Shown piece by piece: positions 47,939 to 58,643 of a DNA stretch of 64,000 nucleotides; the stretch's first letter is position 1, and every line of letters begins with the position of its first letter. The translations under genes and the position numbers were made by a program. Source of the stretch: Crocinitomicaceae bacterium (lineage in GTDB: Bacteria > Bacteroidota > Bacteroidia > Flavobacteriales_D > Crocinitomicaceae). A model generated the notes under the pieces. That model did no database searches, was not told the DNA's origin, and saw only the letters and a program-made list of their open reading frames with translations. Location: NCBI GenBank assembly GCA_023957475.1, contig JAMLHA010000002.1:32465-96464 (forward strand). The letters are read 5' to 3'.

Positions 47939-49513
47939 TTATTTCTGAAACATTTTCAACATTCTGTGTGTAACCAAGAATCCACCTACGATATTGATGC
48001 TCGCAAGTAGAATTGCTACTAACGCAATGATTGTAACAGGGCTTGATGCATCATTTGTTGTTTGCAATAAACCACCAACAATGATGATACCACTAATGGC
48101 ATTTGTTACTGACATCAAAGGTGTGTGTAGTGCATGTGTTACATTGGTTATCAATTGCCAACCTACAAATACTGCCAATACAAACACGGTCATGTGTTGT
48201 AAGAAATTGGATTCTTGTGGTGCAAATTTACCAATTAAAAAAAGCAACAGACCAACCACTCCTAATCCAATCGCTGTTGATACTGCTTTTTTCTTTGCAA
48301 TAGCCGCTTCTTGTGCTTTAAGCTCTTCTGGAGTTGGTAAAACAGGTTTTGTTGCAGCACCACCTCCAGCTGTTGGGCTAACTTGTAGTGGAGCAGGAGG
48401 CCAGTTCACTTTTCCATCAAAAGTAACCATCGAACGAGATATAACATCATCGTTCATGTCGATTTTGAAGTTCTCTGCCTTACCCATATCATCTAATAAG
48501 TGACACAAGTTATTTCCATACAACTGTGACGCTTGATTTGGTAATTGATCAAGTTTTCCAACAATGATTACACCGTTTTCAGTTGTAACAATTTCTCCAT
48601 TTTTTGTTTGCGTACAGTTACCACCAGCAGAAGCAGCCAAGTCAATGATAACTGAACCTGGTTTCATAGCCGCTACGTGGTAATCTAAAATTAATTTTGG
48701 TGCAGGTCTTCCTGGAATCAATGCCGTTGTGATGATGATATCCACATCTTTTGCTTGCTCCAAAAACAGTTGCATTTCAGCTTCGATAAATTCCTTACTC
48801 ATTTCTTTAGAGTAACCAGAAGAGGTAGCTCCGTCTTCATCAATTTCAACTGTTAAGAATGATGCACCCATCGATTCGATTTGTTCGGCAACTTCTTTAC
48901 GAGTATCAAAAGCTCTTACAATTGCACCCAAAGAATTAGCAGCTCCAATTGCAGCCAATCCAGCTACTCCAGCACCGATTACCAATACTTTTGCCGGGTC
49001 AACTTTACCAGCAGCGGTAATTTGACCATTAAGGAAACGACCAAAATGATAAGAACCTTCAATCACAGCGCGATACCCTGCAATATTTGCCATAGATGAA
49101 CGAACGTCCATTTTTTGCGCTCTTGAAATACGAGGAATGGCATCCATTGCCACTGCGTTAACTTTTTTATCAGCTAACTTTTGAATCAATTCTTTATTTT
49201 GATCAGGCCATAGATGGCTTAATAAAACCAATCCTTCGTGCATTAAATCCACTTCTTCAAGAGTTGGTTCTTTAACTTTAAGCACGATGTCGGAGTCTCT
49301 ATAGATGTCAGCTGCTGACGCAACTATTTTAGCACCTGCTTCTTCAAATTCTTTATCTGAAAAATTGGCTTTAATCCCAGCGTCATGTTGAATATAAACG
49401 TCAAACCCTTGCTTTTGAAGTCGTTTAACTGTTTTTGGAGTTGCGGCAACCCTCAACTCATCTTGTGCTATCTCAGCAGGTATTCCTACTTTCATATATC
49501 TTGTTTTATTCAA
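47939..49513 (-). CDS. pntA: NAD(P) transhydrogenase alpha subunit (single-chain)
   Basis: RAQKMDVRSSM, GAGVAGL, ALHTPLMSVTNAISG. Confidence 0.96.
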   Translation of the reverse strand: MNKTRYMKVGIPAEIAQDELRVAATPKTVKRLQKQGFDVYIQHDAGIKANFSDKEFEEAGAKIVASAADIYRDSDIVLKVKEPTLEEVDLMHEGLVLLSHLWPDQNKELIQKLADKKVNAVAMDAIPRISRAQKMDVRSSMANIAGYRAVIEGSYHFGRFLNGQITAAGKVDPAKVLVIGAGVAGLAAIGAANSLGAIVRAFDTRKEVAEQIESMGASFLTVEIDEDGATSSGYSKEMSKEFIEAEMQLFLEQAKDVDIIITTALIPGRPAPKLILDYHVAAMKPGSVIIDLAASAGGNCTQTKNGEIVTTENGVIIVGKLDQLPNQASQLYGNNLCHLLDDMGKAENFKIDMNDDVISRSMVTFDGKVNWPPAPLQVSPTAGGGAATKPVLPTPEELKAQEAAIAKKKAVSTAIGLGVVGLLLFLIGKFAPQESNFLQHMTVFVLAVFVGWQLITNVTHALHTPLMSVTNAISGIIIVGGLLQTTNDASSPVTIIALVAILLASINIVGGFLVTHRMLKMFQK

Positions 49514-49654
49514 TTCGAGTTAACAAACAACGTAAAAATAATCTTTTACTGTTAATTGTTGATTTTAAAAGTTGCAATAGTAGTGATTTTTTTGTTTTTT
49601 TCAAAATGTGAAATTAAGTTTTTATTTAAAGTTAAGATTATCAATTGTATGCAA

Positions 49655-51967
49655 TCAGTTTTTTTGATTAAAAGATTTAAAGCTCTTTATCTCACAAGAA
49701 TTTAATGTTATTTCTATTTTATCCTTATTCCAGATGTATGCTGAAATCACTTCATTTGATTTGAAAACGTTTGCAGGGATCTTATTTAAAAAAGAATATA
49801 ATTTTTTTCCAACTTCTAAAGTATGCGAATCCCAATAAACAATGTTTTTGTTTTTATCTTCAACTTGTATTATCAAATATGTGTTTGGGTTGATAACCTG
49901 AATATTTAATCTAGACTCTACAAAATAATCAACTTGTTGGTTCACTTCAAATTTTGTGATAGGAATGTATTCTTCTTTTGATTTAATTGATTTGCTTTGT
50001 TTGAAATAAGCATTTTTTTCTTTTTCCATGAAAGCTAAATAATCTTCAAAAGGGAGTAGTCTATTTTTTAAAGTGCTGTATAAGTTGACATAGTTAAAAA
50101 GTTCTAATTTTTTTCGCAAAAGAGCTTCAATTTTTTCATCCTTATAGGATGTGATGTTTTGATTATTTACGTCAACCTTATAAAGTGTTTCGTTAGAAAA
50201 GAAATAACCATTATCGTAGATTTCACTTATTTTTCGATTTACATTCATAAAAGCAACAGTTCTATCCATATCTTTTTCTTTCATTTTTAAGACACTGCCA
50301 AGTGAGGCACTTGTTGTAGGAACACGTACGCCATAACCCCTTAAAATATTGAGCATTGTTTGAAAAATATCTAAATGACTAACGATATTGTTGCTTTTAC
50401 CTGTTTTTATAAGTTGTGGGCTGTAAATTATTAGAGGTACATGGTATTTCTTTAGTGCGTTTTCTCTGGGTGCTTCATTCATTGGGTGATCGCCTGTAAT
50501 AATGAAAATGGTATTTTTGTATTCGGGACGTTTAGAATACGCTTTTAAAAAATAGTTAATAGCGTCATCTGCATACAATGTTGTGAGATAATACTTTTTA
50601 TTGGCTTGCAATTGATTTTTGTAGGCGGTTGAAGTACATTTTTTTACTAACTTTTCAAAGGTTGCAGAATAATGAGGTTCGTTATATACTTTAAACGGAA
50701 AATGCATGGAATGAGTAAAGTAAATATCAAAGTAAGGATAAATAGTATTTTTTGATTTTATTCGTAAAGCTTCTTTGTAAATGGTTTTGTCATCATAACT
50801 TAGGACAAAATCGCCATGCATAATTTTAGGGGCACTTTCGGGGTATTTGTTTTTATCGAAATTATAATCTACTCCTTCATTAGCATAGTATCTATCTCTG
50901 TTTAAATACCAAGAATCTTGACCTTCATAGCTAATTACATGATAATTATTTTTCTTTACAATCGAAATTAAGGATAAGAATGTTGGATAAATTTCCAATT
51001 CAGTAAAGCATTTTGTTCCATAGGGTAATCCACCTGTTGTTGATGGAACTGCCGCAAAAGATCTTTCTCCAAGTGTAAAGCAATTTGACCAATATAAACT
51101 TGAATCTTTGAGACTGTTTAGATAAGGCATTAAAACAGTATTATCTCTTTTTTGAATGTAATCGTCATTTAATCCTTCAACAATCAATAATACGATGTTG
51201 GGCTTTTGATCAAATTTTCCAAAATAACTTTCTAAGTAATTTGTTGTGTCAGGAATATGGTAAAATGGATACTTATTATTGATGTAGTTTTTTGGAAATA
51301 ATTGCTGATATTCTTCAATTTTACTTTTAGAATACGTGAGATCTATTTTTTTTGATAAATAAAAGTCAAATGCTGATTCTACAAAATAGACCGTTTTATT
51401 AATGGAGTAATTATTTGTTGCCTTTATGAAAAAGTTAGAAACAAAAACGAAAAAACTAATACCAAAAACAAGTAGATAACTTTTATTAAAAGTATCGATT
51501 TTTGGTTTTCTTTTAGTATAAATGTAATAAATTAGATTGATAATAATCAGTTCAATTAAAATAGAAATGATGATAGGAGTGAATTGAATACCAGCGGTTT
51601 TTGTGAAAAAAACAATCTCTGCTATTGAGTGTTGAAAAAACACTTCTCCTAGTGTGTTTTTTTCTACAAAGAAATAGGCTAAAAGAAGCGATTGAGCTAT
51701 CCAGAATAAGTTAAAAATATTTAAGTAAACAAATGCTAAATTAACTTTTTTAAGCCTGAATAACCATTCTATAAAATAGAAAAAAATAATAAAAGCAATG
51801 ATTAAACCGATGTCATAAAATAAACCGACAATTTCTTGGAAAAGAGCAAGTGGTTTTTCGCTAGTGTCAAATAAAACGAGAACTGCAGTAAATTCAATTA
51901 TTCTTAGTATTGAAATGATTAGTACGCTAAAAAGTAAAAAATTGTTGTATTTGCTAAGTTTACCCAT
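49655..51967 (-). CDS. LTA synthase / sulfatase-like membrane protein
   Basis: N-terminal TM helices, NIVLLIVEG, THSMHFPF, IITGDH. Confidence 0.8.
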   Translation of the reverse strand: MGKLSKYNNFLLFSVLIISILRIIEFTAVLVLFDTSEKPLALFQEIVGLFYDIGLIIAFIIFFYFIEWLFRLKKVNLAFVYLNIFNLFWIAQSLLLAYFFVEKNTLGEVFFQHSIAEIVFFTKTAGIQFTPIIISILIELIIINLIYYIYTKRKPKIDTFNKSYLLVFGISFFVFVSNFFIKATNNYSINKTVYFVESAFDFYLSKKIDLTYSKSKIEEYQQLFPKNYINNKYPFYHIPDTTNYLESYFGKFDQKPNIVLLIVEGLNDDYIQKRDNTVLMPYLNSLKDSSLYWSNCFTLGERSFAAVPSTTGGLPYGTKCFTELEIYPTFLSLISIVKKNNYHVISYEGQDSWYLNRDRYYANEGVDYNFDKNKYPESAPKIMHGDFVLSYDDKTIYKEALRIKSKNTIYPYFDIYFTHSMHFPFKVYNEPHYSATFEKLVKKCTSTAYKNQLQANKKYYLTTLYADDAINYFLKAYSKRPEYKNTIFIITGDHPMNEAPRENALKKYHVPLIIYSPQLIKTGKSNNIVSHLDIFQTMLNILRGYGVRVPTTSASLGSVLKMKEKDMDRTVAFMNVNRKISEIYDNGYFFSNETLYKVDVNNQNITSYKDEKIEALLRKKLELFNYVNLYSTLKNRLLPFEDYLAFMEKEKNAYFKQSKSIKSKEEYIPITKFEVNQQVDYFVESRLNIQVINPNTYLIIQVEDKNKNIVYWDSHTLEVGKKLYSFLNKIPANVFKSNEVISAYIWNKDKIEITLNSCEIKSFKSFNQKN

Positions 51968-52094
51968 TCAAATGATTGTTTTGCGAAAGTAATTAGCAAA
52001 TTTATTAAAAATATTTGTTTATATACGAACACCTATGTTTTAAATAAAGTGGAAAAGGATTGGGTTAAAGCAGCTAGTAAAGTAGTGTGTGATG

Positions 52095-52244
52095 TTATTT
52101 GTCAGAGTAATGTCCTATAGCGGAAACGACTTGTACAGTTACAATTTTATTAATTTTATTTATTGTGGATTTGTTTTCCACTTTCTTGTGTGTTTCAAGG
52201 TCTTTTAATGCTTGTCTTTCGAATTCTACTTTATACTTGCCCAT
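52095..52244 (-). pseudogene. Internally deleted Txe/YoeB-family toxin (49-aa in-frame remnant)
   Basis: Reads MGKYKVEFERQALKDLETHKKVENKSTINKINKIVTVQVVSAIGHYSDK*; YoeB-like N and C termini joined without the central core; start overlaps the antitoxin gene. Confidence 0.7.
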
Positions 52245-52432
52245 ACATCTTTCGGATTAACCTCTATAAAATCGCCTCGTTTTTCAGCACGCTTTATTTT
52301 TTTTACAAATTCAGGATTGTAAGGGCTTTTGTTTTCCATAATTTCAACGCCAGGCTGCCCTGCTAATATTTGTAGTATAGCCTCAAGTGCCTTGCCTGCT
52401 TTACTACGTGGATTTATTTTTATTGTTTCCAT
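52226..52432 (-). CDS. DUF2683-family putative antitoxin
   Basis: SPYNPEFVKKIKRAE motif; 68 aa; upstream of the YoeB remnant. Confidence 0.75.
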   Translation of the reverse strand: METIKINPRSKAGKALEAILQILAGQPGVEIMENKSPYNPEFVKKIKRAEKRGDFIEVNPKDVWASIK

Positions 52433-52641
52433 ATCACACTTTTTTACAAAGACACAAAAAATATGCCATTTGAAAATAATCTTCTAGGTTCACCAGTTAC
52501 TATTTTTCACGAAGATTGTGAGGTTTTGCCTCAAGTGGAGAAGGGGCTTTTTAGTTAAAAAGGGTTCTGGTACAGTGTCAGCCTTCGGTTGATATTCACT
52601 TCTGCTATATTTAACTGAGTTGTTAAAACGCTCACATAAAC

Positions 52642-52671
52642 AAAAAAGGAGTCCAAAAACTGAACTCCTTT
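52642..52671 (-). terminator. Terminator after tRNA-fMet
   Basis: AAAGGAGT/ACTCCTTT stem immediately after CCA. Confidence 0.7.
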
Positions 52672-52674
52672 CAA

Positions 52675-52750
52675 TGGTAGCGGGGACACGACTCGAACGT
52701 GCGGCCTTCGGGTTATGAGCCCGACGAGCTACCAACTGCTCCACCCCGCG
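52675..52750 (-). tRNA. Initiator tRNA-fMet(CAT)
   Basis: CGCGGGG...CCCCGCTACCA with C1:A72 mismatch; three G:C pairs in the anticodon stem; CAT anticodon. Confidence 0.96.
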
Positions 52751-52928
52751 ATATATCTTTGCAAATATTGTATCTATTTTATTATCCTCGTTTGGATAAG
52801 CGAGTGCAAATATAGTGTTTTTATTTCATTCTGCAATGAATTTCGTAAAAAAGATTAAAAATGAATGCCATTTCAATTTTAAATTGTACTTTTAAATAGA
52901 ATTTTTACCAATATCAAATAGTAAACCG

Positions 52929-54830
52929 ATGGCAAATACGTTGAAAATAAGAACTTTCGAGGAATATCAAGAAAAGTACCAGCAAAGTATCGAAAATCCT
53001 GAAAAATTTTGGGGAGAAATAGCCGAAGAATTTCAATGGATGAAAAAATGGGAACGTGTGTTGGATTGGAATTTTGATGAGCCTAAGCTCGAATGGTTTA
53101 AAGGTGCAAAATTGAATATCACCGAAAATGCCTTGGATAGACATTTGGAAACCAGAGGAAATAAATTGGCTTTAATCTGGGAGCCAAATGACCCAAAAGA
53201 ACGTTTTGTTAGATATACTTACCGAGAATTACATGATAAAGTCTGTCAATTGGCAAATGCACTGAAAGAAATGGGTGTCAAAAAGGGGGATAGGGTGTGT
53301 ATTTACCTCCCAATGATTCCCGAATTGGCAATTTCATTGCTCGCATGCGCTCGAATTGGTGCTATTCACTCTGTGATTTTTGCTGGGTTTTCTTCGTCTT
53401 CAATTATGGATAGAGTAAATGATGCTCAAGCAAAAATGGTTATCACAGCAGATGGATTGTATCGTGGAGCAAAACAAATTCCGTTGAAACGTGTTGTAGA
53501 TGAAGCGTTGGAAAATTGCCCATCAGTTGAAAAAGTGATCGTCTATAATCGCTTGAATTGGGAACCAAATATGGTAGCTGGTAGAGATTTTAAATGGGAA
53601 GAGGTGGTTGATTATCAGTCTAAATCTTGCCCTGCAGAACCAATGGATGCAGAAGATCCTCTTTATATTTTATATACTTCGGGTTCTACCGGTAAACCAA
53701 AAGGTGTGGTACATACCTGTGGCGGTTATATGGTGGGAACGGCTTATACATTCCTAAATGTGTTTCAATACGAAGAGTCGGATGTGTATTGGTGTACTGC
53801 CGATATTGGTTGGGTAACAGGACATTCATACATTGTTTATGGTCCTTTGCTGACTGGTGCTACAACTGTCATGTTTGAAGGTATTCCAACTTATCCGGAT
53901 CCAGGGAGATTCTGGCAAATCATTGATAAATATGGTGTTAACCAGTTTTTAACGGCTCCAACTGCTATTCGTTCGTTAATGGCGCATGGAGAAAATCATG
54001 TGTTGGCTTATAGCTTGGATTCGCTAAAAGTTATCGGTTCTGTAGGAGAACCAATCAACGATGAGGCATGGAAATGGTATCATTTACACGTTGGAAAAGA
54101 AAGATGTGCTGTGGTAGATAATTGGTGGCAAACGGAAACGGGTGCAGTAATGATTTCTGGTTTGGGAAATATCTCACCAATGAAACCTACTTATGCTGGT
54201 TATCCCTTGCCGGGTGTTCAACCTGTTTTATTGAACCAAGAGGGGCAAGAAATCCAAGAATCGGATGTGGAAGGATATTTGTGCATGAAAGCTCCGTGGC
54301 CTTCAATGTTGCGCACGACTTGGGGTGATCACGAACGGTGTAAAAACACGTATTTTTCAAATTATAAGGGCTATTATTTTTCGGGTGATGGTGCAAAACG
54401 CGATAAAAACGGTATGTACCGCATCATTGGTCGTGTGGACGATGTGATAAATGTTTCGGGACACCGTTTTGGTACGGCTGAAATAGAAAATGCCATTAAT
54501 ACCAATGACAATGTTGTGGAATCAGCTGTTGTTGGTTATCCGCACCCTGTAAAAGGTCAATCCATTTACGCATTTGTTATTTGCGAAAGCGAAATAGAAG
54601 ACGAAGCATTGATGAGGGGAGCAATTATAGAATCTGTAGCCCGAGAAATCGGAAGAATTGCCATTCCCGAAAAAATTCAGTTTGTTTCAGGGTTGCCAAA
54701 AACACGTTCGGGTAAAATAATGCGCCGTATTCTTCGTAAAATTGCCGAAGATGAAATTGCTTCAATAGGAGATACTTCTACCTTGTTAGATCCACAAATT
54801 GTAGATGAACTCATTGCGGGTAAACTGTAA
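52929..54830 (+). CDS. acs: Acetate--CoA ligase
   Basis: YTSGSTGKPKG, WWQTETG, GRVDDVINVSGHR, PKTRSGKIMRR. Confidence 0.96.
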   Translation: MANTLKIRTFEEYQEKYQQSIENPEKFWGEIAEEFQWMKKWERVLDWNFDEPKLEWFKGAKLNITENALDRHLETRGNKLALIWEPNDPKERFVRYTYRELHDKVCQLANALKEMGVKKGDRVCIYLPMIPELAISLLACARIGAIHSVIFAGFSSSSIMDRVNDAQAKMVITADGLYRGAKQIPLKRVVDEALENCPSVEKVIVYNRLNWEPNMVAGRDFKWEEVVDYQSKSCPAEPMDAEDPLYILYTSGSTGKPKGVVHTCGGYMVGTAYTFLNVFQYEESDVYWCTADIGWVTGHSYIVYGPLLTGATTVMFEGIPTYPDPGRFWQIIDKYGVNQFLTAPTAIRSLMAHGENHVLAYSLDSLKVIGSVGEPINDEAWKWYHLHVGKERCAVVDNWWQTETGAVMISGLGNISPMKPTYAGYPLPGVQPVLLNQEGQEIQESDVEGYLCMKAPWPSMLRTTWGDHERCKNTYFSNYKGYYFSGDGAKRDKNGMYRIIGRVDDVINVSGHRFGTAEIENAINTNDNVVESAVVGYPHPVKGQSIYAFVICESEIEDEALMRGAIIESVAREIGRIAIPEKIQFVSGLPKTRSGKIMRRILRKIAEDEIASIGDTSTLLDPQIVDELIAGKL

Positions 54831-54868
54831 TAGACTGAGATTCGATATAGAATTCTATTCAAGTTAAA

Positions 54869-56596
54869 TTAATTGTGCTCTTGTGCCAATTTACTATGTT
54901 TATTTCCGTACAAGAAATAGATCACAAGACCAATTACCAACCATACCATAAACCCAATCCAGTTTTTCAACTCAATTTGAGCCATCATATATAGACAGCA
55001 AACCAAACCCAGTACAGGAATAAGTGAGTAATTTCTTGTGAAACTTCTAACAATTAAAATGACAACTACGGTAAAGAAAATCCACATCGGAACATTGTGA
55101 AAAAAGGCAACCAATGAGTTCATGTTGCTTCCTTCTTCTGGTGCAGAAGTGATAAAACGCACAAAACTATCTGTGTTGTAGATGTACGATACAATTAACC
55201 CTACAATAAATCCAATAGGAAGAATCCATTTGGAATTAACGTATGGAGTTTTGAATTTTCGTTCTACTCCCATTTCTTCCAACCGCAACACACCAGCACA
55301 CACCAATACGAATGCAAAAAGTGTGCCAATACTGCACAGATCGGTTACGGTTTCCATGTTTAAAAACAAGGCACCTCCACCAACAATTACACCTGTTATG
55401 ATGGTTGAAAAAGCAGGTGTATTGTGCTTTGGATGAATTTTTGCAAATCGTTTTGGCAATAAACCATCTCTACTCATGCTCATCCAAATACGTGGTTGCC
55501 CGATTTGGAACACCAACAATACACTAGCCATAGCGATAACGGCACTCACAGCAATGATACCCGACAACCATTTTAAATCCAATTTTTTGAAAACAAATGC
55601 CAAGGGGTCGTTTACAGCCAATTCCGTGTACTTAACCATACCTGTTAGCACCAATGCAATCAATATGTATAAAATGGTACAAATAATAATTGCCCACATC
55701 ATTCCCCGTGGCAAATCACGTTGCGGATTCTTACATTCTTCGGCAGTAGTGCTGATGGCATCAAACCCAATATAGGCAAAAAACACGGCAGAAACCCCTT
55801 TTAAAACACCGCTGATACCGTTTGGAGCGAAGGGATTCCAGTTGTCAATATCTACATAAAATGCACCAACTGCTATTACGAGTAAAACAACCGATATTTT
55901 AATGATAACCATTGCGTTAGCAGCATTTTTAGATTCTTTAATTCCTTTGTAAACCAACCAGGTAATCAAAAATGTGATAAATAAAGCAGGGAAATCGGCG
56001 ATAATTCTCAAACCACCAATAGATGGAGCTTCAAGCCATGCTGTATAAGCTTCTTTTTGTACAAACGTCAAACTGTCAAGCGTTGTGCCACTTGCTAATA
56101 GTTCTTGAGTTTCTTTAAAGCCATTGGATGCAGAAAAATAGTCAATCGTTGTCCAGGCGGGGAAATGCAACCCCATGCTGGCTACTAACTCGGTGAAATA
56201 ACCACTCCAACCAATTGCCACGGTGATGTTGCCAATAGCATATTCCATGATGAGTGCCCAACCGATAACCCACGCAAATAATTCACCGAAAGCAACATAA
56301 CTATAAGTGTAGGCACTACCAGATACAGGGACAACGCTTGCAAATTCAGCATAAGCAAAAGCGGCAAATCCACATGCGATGGATGTAAAAATAAACAAAA
56401 AAGCAACCGCAGGACCGCCATCGGCACTAGCTTGACCAATAGTGGTGAAAATTCCTGCACCAATAATTGCGGCAATACCAAGAGAAGTAAGGTCTTTTAC
56501 ACCTAAGTGTTTTGCCAACCCTACCTGACTGGGGTCTGTTGAAGCTTGTAATATTTGTTCAATGCTTTTTTTCCTGAATAGTGTACTAATATTCAT
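54869..56596 (-). CDS. APC-family amino acid permease
   Basis: GIAAIIGAGIF, GSAYTYSY, FFAYIGFDA, GLLP motifs. Confidence 0.9.
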   Translation of the reverse strand: MNISTLFRKKSIEQILQASTDPSQVGLAKHLGVKDLTSLGIAAIIGAGIFTTIGQASADGGPAVAFLFIFTSIACGFAAFAYAEFASVVPVSGSAYTYSYVAFGELFAWVIGWALIMEYAIGNITVAIGWSGYFTELVASMGLHFPAWTTIDYFSASNGFKETQELLASGTTLDSLTFVQKEAYTAWLEAPSIGGLRIIADFPALFITFLITWLVYKGIKESKNAANAMVIIKISVVLLVIAVGAFYVDIDNWNPFAPNGISGVLKGVSAVFFAYIGFDAISTTAEECKNPQRDLPRGMMWAIIICTILYILIALVLTGMVKYTELAVNDPLAFVFKKLDLKWLSGIIAVSAVIAMASVLLVFQIGQPRIWMSMSRDGLLPKRFAKIHPKHNTPAFSTIITGVIVGGGALFLNMETVTDLCSIGTLFAFVLVCAGVLRLEEMGVERKFKTPYVNSKWILPIGFIVGLIVSYIYNTDSFVRFITSAPEEGSNMNSLVAFFHNVPMWIFFTVVVILIVRSFTRNYSLIPVLGLVCCLYMMAQIELKNWIGFMVWLVIGLVIYFLYGNKHSKLAQEHN

Positions 56597-56951
56597 CTTG
56601 TATTAGGTTATATTTCATATTGACAGCGACGAATATACAATTTTCAACAATACCAAGTAATTATTTTTTCAGATAATCGATTGATTTAAAAATGAAGGCT
56701 ATAAAAATGCACACATTTCAATTGACAGCAAACTCTCCTGTAAAAGGATTTCGAACGGTTCCATTGAGTATCCTTGAAATGAGTATATCGAATTGCCGAA
56801 ATGAATATTTTATAACTTTATAGATAGAAATTATAGGAGTGTCGCATTTGAAACTTGAATCTGCCCCCTGTAAAAATGGAATAGGATTATTTGCAAGAAA
56901 ATAAAACAATTAGTAATATTGGCGAATAATTATTAATTAATACATTTTAAG

Positions 56952-57458
56952 TTGGCAAAAGTAGGAATCATCATGGGGAGCAAGTCGGATTTACCGATTA
57001 TGCAAGATGCAGCTGAAATTTTGGAAAAATTCGGTATTGCTTATGAATTAAATATTGTTTCGGCACATAGAACACCAGATTTAATGGTTGACTATGCAAG
57101 AAATGCAAAAAAAAGAGGGATTAATGTAATTATTGCAGGAGCTGGTGGTGCAGCCCATCTACCTGGTATGACAGCCTCATTGACAGCTTTGCCGGTAATA
57201 GGCGTACCTATAAAATCATCCAATTCAATAGATGGTTGGGATAGTATTTTGTCTATTCTTCAAATGCCCAACGGTATTCCTGTTGCCACTGTTGCTTTAA
57301 ACGGAGCAAAAAATGCAGGTATTTTGGCCGCTAAAATAATCGGAGCGAGCAATGACCAAGTTTTGGCAAAAATTGAAGAATATATGGAAGACTTGAAAGA
57401 GGCCGTTATTAAAAGTCAAGAAGATTTAAACGAAAGTAAAAGCGGTATCGAAGATTAA
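56952..57458 (+). CDS. purE: N5-CAIR mutase PurE
   Basis: [36 protein letters not shown]. Confidence 0.96.
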   Translation: MAKVGIIMGSKSDLPIMQDAAEILEKFGIAYELNIVSAHRTPDLMVDYARNAKKRGINVIIAGAGGAAHLPGMTASLTALPVIGVPIKSSNSIDGWDSILSILQMPNGIPVATVALNGAKNAGILAAKIIGASNDQVLAKIEEYMEDLKEAVIKSQEDLNESKSGIED

Positions 57459-57846
57459 TGCTGTTGGTTTTCTTTGAACACTGTAACACTTCATTTCGAT
57501 GACGTAGTAAGAGAAATCTAAAGGAATTAGCTCTAAATTTAAATGCATTTGTCTAGAGGAATGACGGTGTTTATTGGTTTTAAAAGGAGGAAGGTGACGG
57601 TTTTATCGCCTACTTTCTCTTCTCCATACTCCCCCTAATTATTGTCTTTCCGAATCAACAAAAGTAGGTGAGCATCTTTGATGTTTTAAAAAATGATTTT
57701 TCACATAATAAAACACACAAATAAATTGAATAAATTTTAAAACTACCTTTTTTGTTAGAAAATTGTGAACAAAAGTTGTAAAACTTGTTTTATTTATTCG
57801 TTCGTAAACAAATAAAATTATGTAGCTTTGTTTTTTTATAAGTGTT

Positions 57847-58293
57847 ATGAGTAATCACGACGTTCAAGAAGTAGTAAAAAATATTTTTTCAGCTTATTTA
57901 GAGCAAAATGGGCACCGTAAAACGCCAGAACGATTTGCTATTTTAGCCGAAATTTACAGTTATCCTGGTCATTTTGATGTTGAAACATTGTACATCAAAA
58001 TGAAAAGCCAGAATTACCGTGTTTCAAGAGCCACTTTGTACAATACTATAGAATTGTTGTTGGCGTGCAACTTGGTTCGTAAGCACCAATTTGGAAAAAA
58101 TATTTCGCAGTTTGAAAAATCACATGGAAACAAACAACACGACCATTTGGTGTTGACCGATACTGGAGAAGTGATTGAATTTTGTGATCCACGTATTCAA
58201 ATTATTAAATCTACCATTGAAGAAGTGTTTGGTGTAGAAGTACAGCACCACTCATTGTACTTTTATGGCGTAAAAAAAGAAGATAAAGCATGA
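57847..58293 (+). CDS. fur: Fur-family transcriptional regulator
   Basis: RKTPERFAIL, VSRATLYNT, HDHL; Bacteroidota fur-purA context. Confidence 0.88.
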   Translation: MSNHDVQEVVKNIFSAYLEQNGHRKTPERFAILAEIYSYPGHFDVETLYIKMKSQNYRVSRATLYNTIELLLACNLVRKHQFGKNISQFEKSHGNKQHDHLVLTDTGEVIEFCDPRIQIIKSTIEEVFGVEVQHHSLYFYGVKKEDKA

Positions 58294-58643
58294 GTGTGAT
58301 TTCAAATTTATCTATTGATAATGGAATTTTAATTGTTTCTATTGAAGGTCGCTTGATAGAAGAATCTAAAATCAAAGAATTGTTAGTAGAAATTGAAAAT
58401 CACTTAATTGAAACAAAAGGAAGATTAATTTTAGCGGTTGAAAAATTGGAATATATCAATTCAATCGGAATTAATTTTTTTATAAAAGCACTAACAAAAG
58501 CACGAGTTCACCAAGGAGATATGGTATTGAACGGAGCAAAAGGTAGTGTGCTGTCAATTGTGCAAGTTGCCAAAATGGACGAAGTGTTTACAATGACAGA
58601 AAATATACAAGAAGCATTAACAATATTTAAAAATAGAAAATGA
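58290..58643 (+). CDS. STAS-domain protein (anti-sigma antagonist-like)
   Basis: LEYINSIGI motif; 117 aa. Confidence 0.8.
   Translation: MSVISNLSIDNGILIVSIEGRLIEESKIKELLVEIENHLIETKGRLILAVEKLEYINSIGINFFIKALTKARVHQGDMVLNGAKGSVLSIVQVAKMDEVFTMTENIQEALTIFKNRK

Noticed and set aside
56740-56815. Possible degenerate REP-like repeat between the permease gene and purE
   Set aside because: Similarity is too weak and no second copy was found in the window.
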